A stretch of DNA of 64,000 nucleotides, taken from assembly GCA_002104905.1 (NCBI GenBank), contig MCFE01000013.1, positions 186,001-250,000 of the forward strand, given 5' to 3'. A model generated the notes under the pieces. That model was given only the letters and a program-made list of their open reading frames with translations, was not told where the DNA came from and made no database searches. The DNA comes from Basidiobolus meristosporus CBS 931.73. Lineage: Eukaryota > Fungi > Basidiobolomycota. Made by a program: the position numbers and the translations under genes. Below are positions 1 through 12,407 of the stretch, one piece after another. The first letter of the stretch is position 1. Every line of letters starts with the position of its first letter.

Positions 1-164
1 AGACCTTTCTCTCCAATATATGCAAATGCCTAATATGGTACACTACTTGACAGTGCTTTTTGTGGCTAAAATATGTAGTTCCACCAAAATATTCCCCTGA
101 CTTGGTCACTTAGATCATTAACTACAAATCTTAGAGAATACAGACCAAATATCTTGCTGGAATT

Positions 165-512
165 TGCTGTAAGAGTCTTGAGATATTGGAAGTGATTGTG
201 AGGACAAGTAGATTATGTGGTTTTCACTTAATGATTTATTGAATGTAAAAGTAGTATTTATACTTTTACCTGGTCTTGGCATTACAAGCACATAGAATAG
301 GCTAAGGAAGGTCCCAAGAACATGTGTGCAAAGCTTGGGGCTGTTTGGACAACTTTGAGAATTTTCATGTTCTGGGTACCTGGTATTTTGGTGAAAATAT
401 TCTAAGTAAATCCCAACAAGGAATTTGGTCAGTATTCTCTAGGATTTGAAGGTAATGATCTAAGTGACTAAGTTAGGTGAATATTTAGGTGGAAATACAA
501 ATTTTTACAACA
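165..512 (-). repeat. Copia 3' LTR (348 bp)
   Basis: Matches 4493-4841 with ~7 internal differences plus one at each outer terminus; preceded on the minus strand by the PPT. Confidence 0.95.
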
Positions 513-523
513 CTCCCACTCAG
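513..523 (-). promoter_or_regulatory. Polypurine tract
   Basis: CTGAGTGGGAG on the minus strand, directly before TGTTG of the 3' LTR. Confidence 0.85.
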
Positions 524-3500
524 CTAAATGTTCATACTGACTAGTCCTAATTTTGACCTAAGATATTCAGACTTGTCTCTAGCTAATGGTTTGGTAAATA
601 TGTCTGCAATCATTTCATCTGTAGGACAGTAAACTAAGCTAACTAAGTTATTCTCTATAGATTCATGTATAAAATGATGTCTAATATCTATGTGCTTGAT
701 TCTAGCATGAAAAGTTGGATTTCTACCTAATTGTAAACATCCTTGATTATCTTGAAATAAAGTAATAGGCATTTTTGACATAGGCCTAAATCTGTAAAGT
801 TCTCTTAACCATATTGCTTCTTTTGTAGCCTTGCAGGCTGCCATATACACTGCCTCTGTGGTGGAAAGTGCTGCAGTTGGTTGCTTCTTGAATTCCATGA
901 AATTGCTCCTTTACAGTAAAGAAAGGTGTATCCTGTGGTGGATCTTCTGTCTTCTAAATTTTGTCCCCAATCAGCATCAGAGTATCCCACAAGATCCTGT
1001 TCTGAATCCTTATAAGTGTATCTTAAGCAGATATCAGCAGTTCCTTTTAGGTATCTAAAAATCCGCTTAACTGCTGCAATATGATCAGATCCATGGTTCT
1101 GATTATGTTGGCTGACAACTCCCACTGAATATGAGATATCTGGACATGTTCCAAGCATGATATACATCAGACTGCCAACCATAGATTGATAAGGAAAGTC
1201 AGGGCTTTCAGATGGCACCAAGCTCTCTTGATTTGGTTGAGTTTTGACCAAGTTAAGGTTTGTCTCCATTGGGGTAGCTGCTGGTTTACAGTCTTCCATT
1301 TGGTACTTCTTTAGTATATCTTGGATATACTTGGATTGGCTTAGGGTGATAGTCTGGGTACTTCTGTCTATGGAGAACTTAATCCCTAAGTAGTAATTAA
1401 GTTCTCCTAGATTGGACATCTTGAACTCCTTAGATAGGCTAGATTTAGTCTCTTCCAATGTTTCTGGGTTATTGGCGGCTATAATAAGTTCATCCACATA
1501 TAGAGGTAATAGAACTGGACTTGCTCTATCTGGCTTATAGTATATACTATAGTCAGCATTACTCCTTTTGAAACTCAAGGATTCCAAATAAGAATCTATC
1601 TTGCAATTCCAGGCTCTTGGTGATTGTTTGAGACCATAAAGTGACTTTTTATGCTTGCAGACCAAATGGGGGTTATCTTGGTCAACAAGCCCATCAGGCT
1701 GGTCCATATACATATCCTCATCAAGCTCTCCATTCAAAATGCAGTTTTTACATCCATTTGATGAATAAAAAACTCATATTTGGCTGCAATAGCTAATATT
1801 AATCTGATGGAATTGAACTTGGCTACCGGTGCAAAGGTCTCAGTATAGTCAAGTCCTTTTGCTTGAGAGTATCCTTTGGCTACAAGTCTTGCTTTGTATC
1901 TTTCAATTGTACCATCAGGTTTGTATTTTGTCTTGAAGACCCATCTGCATCCAATTGATTTTTGGTTGATTGGTAATTTGACTAAGTCCCAAGTTTGATT
2001 TTCCATCAGTGCCTGATATTCCTCAGTCATTGCAGATCTCCAAAACTTTGTCTGAGGGCTATTTAGGGCCTCTTTTACAGTCTGGGGCTCATCAATATGG
2101 ACTGAATAAGCATAGGCTAAGTTTGTACCCTCATTGATATAGAAATATGGGCTATTTCTTGTCTGATTTGTTCTCCAGGCACTTGATACTGGAATGATCA
2201 CTTCTGGGATATTCCTGAGCACTGATTCTGGCTGAACTATGGTTGTAGAGTCCTCTGGAGTGAAAAATTTCTCATTGTTATGCTCTGATTCAATCCTGAC
2301 AATTGGTGGACTTGAGATCAGAATTTTTTCATCATCTGATGTCATTTTTTGCAAAAATTTTGAATTTTCATCAAACAGCACATCCCTGGACTTGATCAGC
2401 TTCTTTGCTTTGGTATTGTAGAGTCTGTATGCCTTACTCTCATTGCAGTAGCCCAAAAATATGCATTTTACACTTTTTGGCTCAAATTTTGACTGATTTC
2501 CAGCCAGTTTTTTGGCATATGCTGTACACCCAAATATTCTTAGATGTTCTGCACTTGGTCTGTATCCATACCATGCTTCAAATGGAGTTGAATCACAAAG
2601 TATTCTGTTATAACTCCTATTTTTAAGGTATACAGCAGTGACAACTGATTCCGCCCAAAAATCATAGGATAATTTTTGATCATGGATCATAGATCTTGCC
2701 ATATCAATTATTGATCTGCTAGCATGTTCTGCTACTCCATTTTGCTGTGGGGAGTATGGTACAGTAGTCTCTTGCTTTATCCCATGAATTTTGCAGAAGT
2801 GGATGAAGAGTTTTGAGGTATATTCTCCACCATTGTCAGAGAATATTTTCTTGATTTTTTCACCAGTTTCTCTCTCCCCCTGGCTTTAAACTCCCTGAGC
2901 TTAGACAGAGCTTCTTTCTTTCTCTCCATGAAGTAGACCCATGTGTATATTGTATAATCATCAATAAAAGTGATTAAATACTTCATCCCACCTAGGGATA
3001 AATTTTGCATAGTTCCACACAGATATGAGTGAATAAGATCTAATTTTTCTTAGTTTTGATTAACCCAGAGCTCTTGAATGGTTGTCTGGCTTGTTTCCCA
3101 TATATGCAGGCTTCACAGTGCTCCAAATCAGCTGGGGGATCAATTTTCACTCCAGAAATTAGCTGATCTTTGATCATTTTATGGAAATAATCAAAATTGA
3201 TGTGTCCAAATCTCCTGTGCCAAAGCATTGGAGTTTCTTCATTTAAGTTACTTTTATTGGCTTCCAGATATGATGGAATATAAGTCAACTTGAATAGATT
3301 CTGATCTCTGATGCCCAAAGCAATATGGTCACCATTTTGATCAGTGATCCTGCATCCAGAATTGTCAAAACTGAAACTGAGTCCTTCTGCTGTGGCCTTG
3401 CTTACAGAGAGTAGGTTCTTAGCTATTTCTGGTACATAGAGTACTTCTTTAAAGGTCAGTGTATAGATTCCTTCACTGCTTCAAAGGTTTACTTGGATAG

Positions 3501-4461
3501 TTCCTTCTCCCACTGCATCAAGTGTTCTATCAGCACCCATGAAAACCTTCTTAATTGGAATTTCTTGATATTGGGTAAAAAGTTCTTTTTGGTGTGAAAA
3601 GTGTTGAGATGCTCCAGAGTCAATATACCACATCTGAGAACCCTTGTTTGTAGCCATATTTAGTGCAGATATGAATGGTCTATCTTCAGTTGTTGCAGCA
3701 TTTCCATATTCAGGCTTCTTTTGCTGATTATCTTTCTTTTTGAGACACCAGTCTGATGTGTGTCCTTTCCTTTTGCAGTAGTTACAAAACAAGTTGCTGT
3801 TGCCTTTGTAGGGTCTTGGGTACCTCCTTTGTTGGTTATCATTGCTTATCAAAGCATTTTTTTCTTCCTTCTTATTTGCACTTGATTTTCTTAATTCTTC
3901 ATCCAGGAGCCTCCCATATATGTAATTTAAGGTCAAATCTTCAGTTCTGGACTCTAGGGCTGATACAAGGCCCTGAAACTTGTCTGTCAGGCTATTCAGG
4001 ATGGTAACTATCACATCCTCATCAGTGGTTGGTATGCCAACAGATTCCATCTCATCTACCAGCAGGGTAATTCTGTTAATTAAATTTTTCATTTCTTCTC
4101 CTGGCAGCATCTTTGTAGTAAAGAATTTTTGTCTCAGATACATTTTCTTAGCAGCTGAACATGACTGGTAGGTGTCTTCTAATGCCTTCCAGGTATTCTT
4201 TGCCGTTTTTGCTCTTGAGCATTGAATTAGCAATTAGTCTTTAACATTGAAGCATATGCAGTTAAAGGCACTTTGTTCTTTCTTCTGGTACTTTAAGGCT
4301 TCCTCTCCCATGTTTTTAAGAGGGCATTCTTCTCCCATGACAATATGCCAAGGGCCTCTTTCTTGTAGCAGCATCTTCATCTTCACCTTCCACACTTGGT
4401 AGTCAGATCCATCCAACTTTTCAGCAGAGGGAAAAGTTCCAGTAATAACAGTAGTAGACAT
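524..4461 (-). pseudogene. gag-pol: Copia gag-pol, broken by stops and frameshifts
   Basis: Gag N-terminus (KLDGSDYQVWKVKMKMLL), CCHC knuckle CNYCKRKGHTSDWC, protease WYIDSGASQH, GAG-pre-integrase LWHRRFGH..CEAC, integrase core, RT (YKARLVAKGYSQ, QMDVKTAF, YVDELII), RNase H (YSDADW, DNQG, KHIDIRHH). Confidence 0.95.
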
Positions 4462-4480
4462 TGCAGAGAGTGACAGCTTG

Positions 4481-4492
4481 GGGCTCATAGCC
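4481..4492 (-). promoter_or_regulatory. Primer-binding site, internal (half) tRNA-iMet type
   Basis: GGCTATGAGCCC directly after the 5' LTR; the copy at 40941 reads GGTTATGAGCCC, complementary to the tRNA-iMet anticodon arm GGGCUCAUAACC. Confidence 0.85.
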
Positions 4493-4841
4493 TGTTGTAA
4501 GAATCTTGGAGATATTGGAAGTGATTGAGAGGACAAGTAGATTATGTGGTTTTCACTTAATGATTTATTGAATGTAAAAGTAGTATTTATACTTTTACCT
4601 GGTCTTGGCATTACAAGCACATAGAATAGGCTAAGGAAGGTCCCAAGAACATGTGTGCAAAGTTCAGGGCTGTTTGGACAACTTTGAGAATTTTCATGTT
4701 CTGGGTACCTGGTATTTTGGTGAAAATATTCTAAGTAAATCCCAACAAGGAATTTGGTCAGTATTCTCTAGGATTTGAAGGTAATGATCTAAGTGACTAA
4801 GTTGGGTGAATATTTAGGTGGAAATACAAATTTTTACAGCA
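4493..4841 (-). repeat. Copia 5' LTR (349 bp)
   Basis: Paired with 165-512; contains TATAAA and AATAAA on the minus strand. Confidence 0.95.
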
Positions 4842-5236
4842 GAATTTACTTCGAATTTTTTTACTAAAATACCAGGTACCCACAACATGAGATTACTCCA
4901 AGTTGTCAAAACAGCCCCAAACTTTGCCCACATGTTTTTGGGACCTTCCTAAACTTGTCCTATATGTTTGTGTTACCAAGACCATGCAAAAGCATAAATA
5001 CTACTTTTACATTCTATAAATCATTAAGTGAAAACCACAATATCTTCTTGCTCTCCTAATCACTTTCATAGTCTTCAAGACTCTTACAACAGGTTACAGG
5101 CCCCAAGCTGTCACTCTCTGCAGTGTCTAAAACTGCTATTACTAGAACTTTTCCCTCTGATGAAAAGCTGGATTGATCTAACTACCAAGTATGAATGGTG
5201 AAAATGAAGATGCTACTTCAGGAAAGAGGCCTTTGG

Positions 5237-5582
5237 TGTTGTAAGAGTTTGTAGTTCCACCTAAGTATTCACCTAACATAGTTACCTAAAATCATTACCT
5301 TTCAATCCTAGGGAATACTGACCAAATCCCTTGTTGGGACTTAGAATATTTTCACCAAAATACCAGGTACCCAGAACATCAAGATTCTCAAAGTTGTCCA
5401 AACAGCCCCAAGCTTGGCACACATATTCTTGGAACCTTCCTTAGCCTATTCTACAAGTATGTAATGCCAAGACCATGTAAAATTGTAAATATTACTTTTA
5501 TATTTAATAAATCATTAAGTGAAAACCACATAATCTACTTGTTATCCAAATCACTTCCAATATCTCCAAGACTTTTACAACA
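5237..5582 (+). mobile_element. Copia solo LTR inserted in the gag stub of the older copy
   Basis: TGTTGTAA..TTACAACA termini, TSD TTTGG/TTTAG, gag collinear on both sides. Confidence 0.9.
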
Positions 5583-5641
5583 TTTAGAATATTGCTATGG
5601 GAGAAGAATACTCTCCTCAAAGTGTAGAAGAGGAAGGCCAA

Positions 5642-6953
5642 CCCTATGAGAAATAACTGTGATGATCTTGTCAAAAGGCCATCACATAATTAAAGTCCCA
5701 TGACTAGGAGGTACTGATCCAGTCAGGACACCATGCATAGACCATTGAAAAATAATTGCACCCCAGATTTCACAAAATACTTAGTAAAATTTCTCATCAC
5801 AACAATACAAAGTGGCTTTTGATTGCTCCTATGCTGTTTCACTCACTCTCTGATCCTGGACACTCAATCACCTCCCACATTTGTGTTCATTGATTGGCTA
5901 TTACCTTCTTTTCATACTCCTTACTTCCTGATTCAATCAATTCTCATACTTTTCATGCAAACAAATTCATTTATTTCCATTCAAACTTCAGCTGTACCTC
6001 AATTGCCAATTGTAATGACTTATACAAGTCCCCATACCCTACACTAACATTAAGCCCAACCCCACACTCAACAAGCAACACTATAAAAATTCACCATTCA
6101 ATAAGTATTTATGCTGTGACACCCTTTTTCCATGACTTTGCAGGGACCCTACAGCTTTATGCCACTATTCCTTCACTGATTCCCATATATCATGGTCTTC
6201 AGCCAGCACTGTAAGGACTAGCACCTCATCTGCTAGTCATTGCAATAAATCCTTGCAAGATTCAACTGCATTTTCCTCTGCACAGCTCTTGAGAAGTGCT
6301 GAAACCTTTTGGTGTGCCTGTCAATGTTCCAAAATTCCACTGAAGGCATTGTGATGGCGTTTTCAGTTCTTGATGTTGTTACTTTCTCAGTCAGATCTCC
6401 ACCCTGTCAATAACAGAGGATGTGGAGGCGGTGGCACACATATTGCTTTTCTCTGCAAACTCATCTACCTCACTGGAGTGAAGCTCAACTGGTTGTGTTT
6501 CCAACTCTTGAGAAAACAGCTGCTTTCTAGTTGGTAGTTGTTGTCTATGACGGGATTTAGCCTGTTCTGGGTGGACAGCATCCACTGGTGAGAACTGCAG
6601 CCTTTTTCTGATGCTTTCCTGTCTCTGGCTTGAGTAGACCTTTTGCTATTTGCCTCTACCTTTATCACCACCAAGTCTTTCACTGCTACTCTGACTGCGT
6701 ACTTCTTGTTTGGTTCTCTGTTTTCTCCTTGATGAGTGCTGCACTGGTGCATCTGTTTTAGCCTGCTTGTCCCTTGCCAGCATTATCCTGGCAAACAGAT
6801 GTTTCTTAGCCAATTGCTTGAAACTATCAGCCCTGCTTGTGACAGACTCCTGCAAAAGCCATGGGTTTTTATCACTGTCAAGTCCTTCACTGCTACTGTG
6901 ACCAAGTGCTTCTTGTGCTGTACTTTGTTTTCTCCTTGATGAATGGTGTACTA
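5642..6953 (-). mobile_element. CACTA fragment: accessory-ORF-side terminus plus 3' part of the accessory ORF
   Basis: Starts CCCTATGAGAAATAA; homologous to the reverse complement of ~55600-56936. Confidence 0.8.
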
Positions 6954-7277
6954 CACTATGATAAGTAATTTGACCCTACAAGTACATCCAATCCAGATTA
7001 GCTGTCAAGATCCTGTCAGGAGACCAATAAAATACCAGCAACTTGGAATTAATGACCATCTACACAATCTTATGACAGGATCACAACAGCATTTGGCTAA
7101 TTTTACAGCCAAATAGAGTCAAAAACATAACAATATTTGTACAGTGTTTTGCCAAGGGTGGGATGGCATTGTTGCAGTCTTAGTGTGCACTACAACTATT
7201 CAAGTGGATCTTACTGGCCAGTACATCCAATCATCTTATATGGCAAGAAACTTAATAGTGCTTTTATGGCCTCTTTG

Positions 7278-7788
7278 CAGACTGAAGATATGCATCTGGT
7301 ACACAATACCCATGGCACTCTAAATCTAGCCCCACAGGCTTGTAGCATGTCACAAAAATGCATGGCACTATCTTGGTCCACTGGTACTATCTGGCACTAT
7401 AAGTGCTTTGTATAGATTCTACTTTAGGGCTAATATTTAAATATAGTGCCAGATAGTACCAGTGGACCAAGATAGTGCCATGCATTTTTGTGACATGCTA
7501 CAAGCCTGTGGGGCTAGATTCAGAGTGCCATGGGTATTGTGTACCAGATGCATATCTTCAGTCTGTCTGTGCTCTTTTACGTCATGCACAATTTTGATCC
7601 TAAAAAAAAGGTTAAAAAATTGATTTTTGCCTGCACAGTAGGTGAAACACAGGGGCTGCTTTGCATGAATATGCAGAACTATATGTCACACTCTGTGGCC
7701 AAGTTTAGGTCTGCTATGACTCTCAGGCACACTATGGCACTATTTGGCACTCATGGCTCAATGTGGCACTATCCAATGGAACAAGTCT
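7278..7788. mobile_element. Fold-back MITE of the PHIS family, left arm truncated
   Basis: Near-perfect inverted arms ~7278-7399 and ~7443-7565; ends GGAACAAGTCT followed by AAT. Confidence 0.85.
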
Positions 7789-9013
7789 AATACTTATGTC
7801 AGTTTAGGACAGTCTTGTATTTGAGACAATGCATTGACCTGCTATAGTAAGCATTATAAATAAAGTTGTGGCACCACATACACACATACATGTAACACCA
7901 TTTCCCCTTTGGTTTGACTTGCCTCTATATATACGCTGCCAAAGAATAAAGCAAAGCTATTTGGTTCCCAAGCAAATCCCACTGCTGGCAGCAGCAGAAG
8001 AATGGCTGGACAACAACTTGCTTTGACATTCAGTGCAACAAGTGGGGCTACAACCAAAAAAGACCCTGTGGACAGTGTGCCAACTGAAGTTAATAATACA
8101 GACTCCTCAGGCTCTTAGTCAAGTAGGCAATTGGGAATCTCTGTGGAGGTGCAAGCTGACCATACTACCCAGGCAAATGAGAATGTATCAAAAGTAGTAC
8201 TTTCAGTGGAAGACCAGCAAGAGGCTGTCATAACATCACCACCACCCATATCAGCAAGTATGTTGTCAGCTCATACCAAAGCATTAATGAGGCAATTAGG
8301 TGCAGTGGCCAATAGGATAGATGCAATGGCCCAGAGAAGTCAAGAAATAGTACAGAAACAGGACAAGCGGGTAAAAGGTGTAGAGCAATCAATATCCCAG
8401 GTAGAGAGAGCAATATCTTTGCTGCAAAGAAGGAACTCATGTAGCTCAATGTCACAGCCAAGAATTGAGCTATTGCTCAATGTAACATCAGAGGAACACC
8501 ATACAGTCTTTGAAGCACTACAAAAGTGCCCAAAGATAAAGCTCACAGAAAAGCCTTTCACAAAATACCAGGGAGAAAATTTAGTGTTTATACCAAAGCC
8601 TAAAAATCAAACAATATTGAAGATCTGTGAAGCTGTTGAGTGCAATGCTGAAGGGTGGGCTAGCAATCAAGAGGCTGTTAGAAGTCTAGCATGCCAACAC
8701 TTTAAGGCCAGCATACCATTGGATCATCAGGAACTCAACAACAAGTAGAATGTGCTTGACTTGCTCCATATGCATTATCCTGGATTCAAACAAGCCAATA
8801 GAATCTGGGTCAGCACCAGTATGCTAAGAAAGTACCTCAAGAGTGGCAGAAAGTATCAAAGGTAGAAGAACAAGGGAGCAATGGCTAAAAACCAACAGCT
8901 TCCTCAAGAACCCATAACAAGCAGGGCTGAAAGCTCCAAACAAGTGTCAAAGATACATCAGGTAGCTGGAAGAGTGCTCATAAGGGAAAAGCAGGCAGAC
9001 ACAGATGCACCAG

Positions 9014-9688
9014 TGTTGCACATCAACATTTAAAACTTGGCCAATTTCACTCCATTGGAAATATGGTATCCTAGATGTTTATTCCTAACCCAAGCACAAT
9101 CAATACCTATTATGGTTTATTTTATCACTTCTCAGAATCTATTTTTAGCTGTCACACCTGATCAATCTTCATGTGGTCATTATGCCCTCAACTGATCTGC
9201 TAAGCCTTTCCAAGTGATTAGTCATCTGAGATTTATGCAACCACTTAGCAGTGGCCAAGACATCAGCTGATTAATGGTGCAATTTTTCATTTATTTTATG
9301 CACCCATCAACACCCCAACAGATTTCAATTAGATCAGTCTCTTGGTGCTTACTAATGCACTCAATCAGAAAAGTATAAATAAAGTTTACTCAACCTTTTG
9401 GTTTAGTGTGTGTCTCAACAAAATTAAGAATTCAACAAGTCCATTCTAGCTTCTACCCAAGCTTACAATATCTAGCACTCTCAAGAACACCAAGCCTAGC
9501 CTGCATAGCAAACCTACTCTGTTGCCTTTACAGCCCAACTCAGCTATATATAAGACCAATATTAGACCAGAACATCTTTGCAAATATTTCTGGCACTCTT
9601 GACAATTCTAAGATTCTGCACTTAGTTGTCACTTAGGTTCAGTTAACCCATTCAAGAGTTTTATTACACTTTTGTCTTAGACACAACA
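9014..9688. mobile_element. Solo LTR of a fourth family (675 bp)
   Basis: TGTTG..CAACA termini, TSD ACCAG/ACTAG, CACTA accessory ORF collinear across it. Confidence 0.85.
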
Positions 9689-10861
9689 ACTAGCACAACA
9701 TTTACTAGAGAAAAAGTGTAGTTCAGCTCAAGAAGCACTCAGTCAAGGTAGCAGTAAAGGACTTGGCAGTTATAAAAACAAGAGGCTACCTCAGGAGCCC
9801 ATCACATCATGGGCTGAGAGCTTGAAGCAAGCAGGAAAGAAGCTTCAGGTTGCCTGCAGAGTGCCAGCTAGGGGCAAGCAGGCCAAAAAAGATGCATGGC
9901 AGCAGCATTTATCAAGGAGAAAGTGTTGTTCAATACAAAAAGCACTCAGACAAAGTAGCAGTGAAAGACCCGGCAGTCATAAAGGAAAAGGTAAAGGGAA
10001 GAAAGTCTACCCAAGCCCAAGATAGGGAAGCATCAGGAAAAAGCTGCAGTCCTTGCTAATTAATGCTGTAAGCCTAGAACAGACTGAGTCCCATCATAGC
10101 CAGGATGAATTACCAACAAGAAAACAGCTGTTTTCACCTGAGTTGGAAGCACAGCCAGTTAGGCTACACTCCAGAGAGGTAGATGGGTTTGCAGAGAAAG
10201 GAAATTTGTCTACCACAGCCTCCATGTCCTCCATTATTGACAGGGTGCAGATCCCACTGACAAAGTAACAACATCAAGAACTCAAAAGATTATCACAATA
10301 CCTTCAGTGGCATTTTGGAACATTAATAGGTACACTAAGAGGTTGCAGCACTTCTTCAAGAGCAGTGCTCAAGGAAACACTCTTGAATATTGCAAGAATT
10401 TATTACAAGGACTGGCAGATGAGGTGCTAGATCTTGCAGTGCTGGATAAAGACCAGGACATATGGGAACCACTGAATGCACAGTGTCATAAAGCTGTAGG
10501 GTTCCTGCCAGAGTCATGGAAATAGAGCATTACAGCAGAAATACTTATTGAGTTGTGGATTTTAATGAAGTTACTTGTTGAGTGTGGGGTTAGGCTAAAT
10601 GTTAGTGTAGGGTATAGGGACTTGTATAGGTCAAAACATATGGCAATTCAGGTATAACTGAAGTTTCAATGGAAATAAATGAGTTTGTAAGCATGAAAAG
10701 CAAGAGAAATGGTTGAGTCAGGAAGTAAGGAGTGTGAAAAAGGGGCAATAGCAAATCAATGCACACAAATGTAGGAGGTGATAGAGAGTCTTGGATCAGA
10801 AAGTGAGAAAATTGGCAAAGAACCAATTAAAAGCCACTTATGCATTTTTGTGATGAAAAAG

Positions 10862-11529
10862 TCTGATGTTTCATTGCCTCTTGTTTGAATTTTCCAGCCT
10901 TGCTTGTAACAGGCTTTGAGAAAGCCGTGGGTTTTTATCACTGTCAAGCCCTTCATTGCTACTGTGACTGAGTGCTTCTTGTATTGGACTACATTTTCTC
11001 CTTGATAAATGTTGCACTGATGTGTTTGTTTTTACCTGCCTGTCCCTTACTGGCACTCCTCTGGCTACCTGATATTTCTTTGCCACCTGCTTGGAGCTTT
11101 CAGCCCTGCTTGTGACAGCTCTTTAGGAAGCCACTGGTTTTAGCCGTAGCGCTGTTGTTCTTCTGCCTTTGATAGTTTCTGCTATTCTTGAGATGCTTTC
11201 AAGCCATTTCAATGCCAGCCCAGAATCCCTTTGCTTGCTAGAGCCCAGGATAATGCCCATGGAGCAGGTCAAGCACTTTCTGCTTGGGCTCAAGTTCCCA
11301 ATGGTCTCATGGTATGCTGGCCTTAAGGTGATGCTGTGCTGGACTTCTAACAGCCCCTTGAATATTAGCCCACTCTTCATCATTGCACTCAATGGCTTCA
11401 CAGATCCTCACTGTCTTCTAATCTCTAGGCTTGGGCATAAACACAACAGTCTCTCCCTCCCATGCTGTAATAAGTCTTTCTGTGGGTTTTATCATTGGGT
11501 ACTATTGTTGTGTTTTAAAGACAATATGG
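10862..11529 (-). pseudogene. CACTA accessory ORF fragment
   Basis: Homologous to the reverse complement of ~55100-55760. Confidence 0.75.
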
Positions 11530-12337
11530 TGCGGTAGGGTAAACATACCTCCCACAGACAAGTTGATTCATATAGTCATTATGATATACTTATCCATATT
11601 TTATCTTATCAGTATTATCCCATTCTTCTTTTGCCCATATTATCAGTATTATCCCCATATGATGTTTACCCTGATTAGTTATTATCATTAGTTATCCCAG
11701 ATGTTATTCAGCTTTGTGATCAGTAGATGTATCTATATAAGGCAAGTACCCGCGTCAGTACCCGTGACACATGACCTAGGTCTGTGTTACCATCCCTACC
11801 ATTTCAATACCATATATGGTATTTCTATGTTGCACAGGTCTCAGACTACTGATTCCTGATTGGTTGAGAGTGCTGTGCCTTTTAGAACCTTCCAGGACAT
11901 TCTTGGCATATTTTTAGCTCATAGTGATGTCATCAAGAATTCCACTGATGCCTAGAATCTTCTAGAACCTTGTCATTAGTAATCACTTGGCAATCAGGAA
12001 AAGTATTTAAGGGAAAGCAATCCCTCATCAATAAATCATCCCTTCTATCAGTAACACTTCTACCTTATTGATTAGCAGTTGATCACTGCATCTGCCTTCA
12101 ACAGTACATCTCAGACCTGCCATCAAGGAGCTTTTCAGGGTAGTGCACAAGACACACAGAGGCCTTTGGAGACACTTGGAGCACCTAGGAAGCTAGAGAA
12201 GCAGGAGCTTTTACCATAGAGACATACTGACAGAGACACCAGCAGTTTAGACCCAGAGGTCATTGCACCCATCAGACACCTCACACACCTTGAGTTGTGT
12301 AGCTTCTCCCAGGAGTACCTCTACACCACCACATATT

Positions 12338-12354
12338 TGGCACCCAACATGGGG
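12338..12354 (+). promoter_or_regulatory. Primer-binding site, tRNA-Lys type
   Basis: TGGCACCCAACATGGGG equals the canonical tRNA-Lys(CUU) PBS TGGCGCCCAACGTGGGG with both CpGs decayed to CpA. Confidence 0.85.
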
Positions 12355-12407
12355 GGTTTGACTGAACTGCCCCTAGAAGACTTAAGAAAGAACAAATTAT
12401 CAAGACC

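Larger units (their letters stand above)
165..4841 (-). mobile_element. Full-length Ty1/Copia LTR retrotransposon (pseudogenised)
   Basis: Two ~98% identical LTRs, perfect 5-bp TSD GAATT (160-164 and 4842-4846), PBS and PPT present, domain order Gag-PR-IN-RT-RH. Confidence 0.97.
61..5640 (+). mobile_element. Older Copia-family LTR (61-164 + 4847-5091) with degenerate PBS and gag stub, split by younger insertions of the same family
   Basis: Diverged LTR sequence is collinear on both sides of the 165-4841 element and ends TTACAACA at 5091. It is followed by GGTTACAGGCCC (PBS-like) and a degraded gag start (..KMKMLLQERGLW..) up to ~5640. Confidence 0.85.
6954..10861 (+). mobile_element. Internally deleted CACTA copy (transposase-side terminus plus degraded accessory ORF ~7920-10680)
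   Basis: CACTATG terminus at 6954; ORF 8131-8748 and downstream pieces are homologous to 54533-56605; carries a MITE and a solo LTR. Confidence 0.8.

Noticed and set aside
4462-4620. In-frame upstream extension of Copia Gag starting in the LTR (MLVMPRPGK..), also at 40813
   Set aside because: The start codon lies upstream of the likely TATAAA box within the LTR, so it is probably not transcribed; the copies are not independent evidence.
168-4838. Copia LTR limits at TGTAA..TTACA with no TSD
   Set aside because: Extending each end by 3 bp gives the perfect GAATT TSD and places the PBS and PPT flush with the LTRs.
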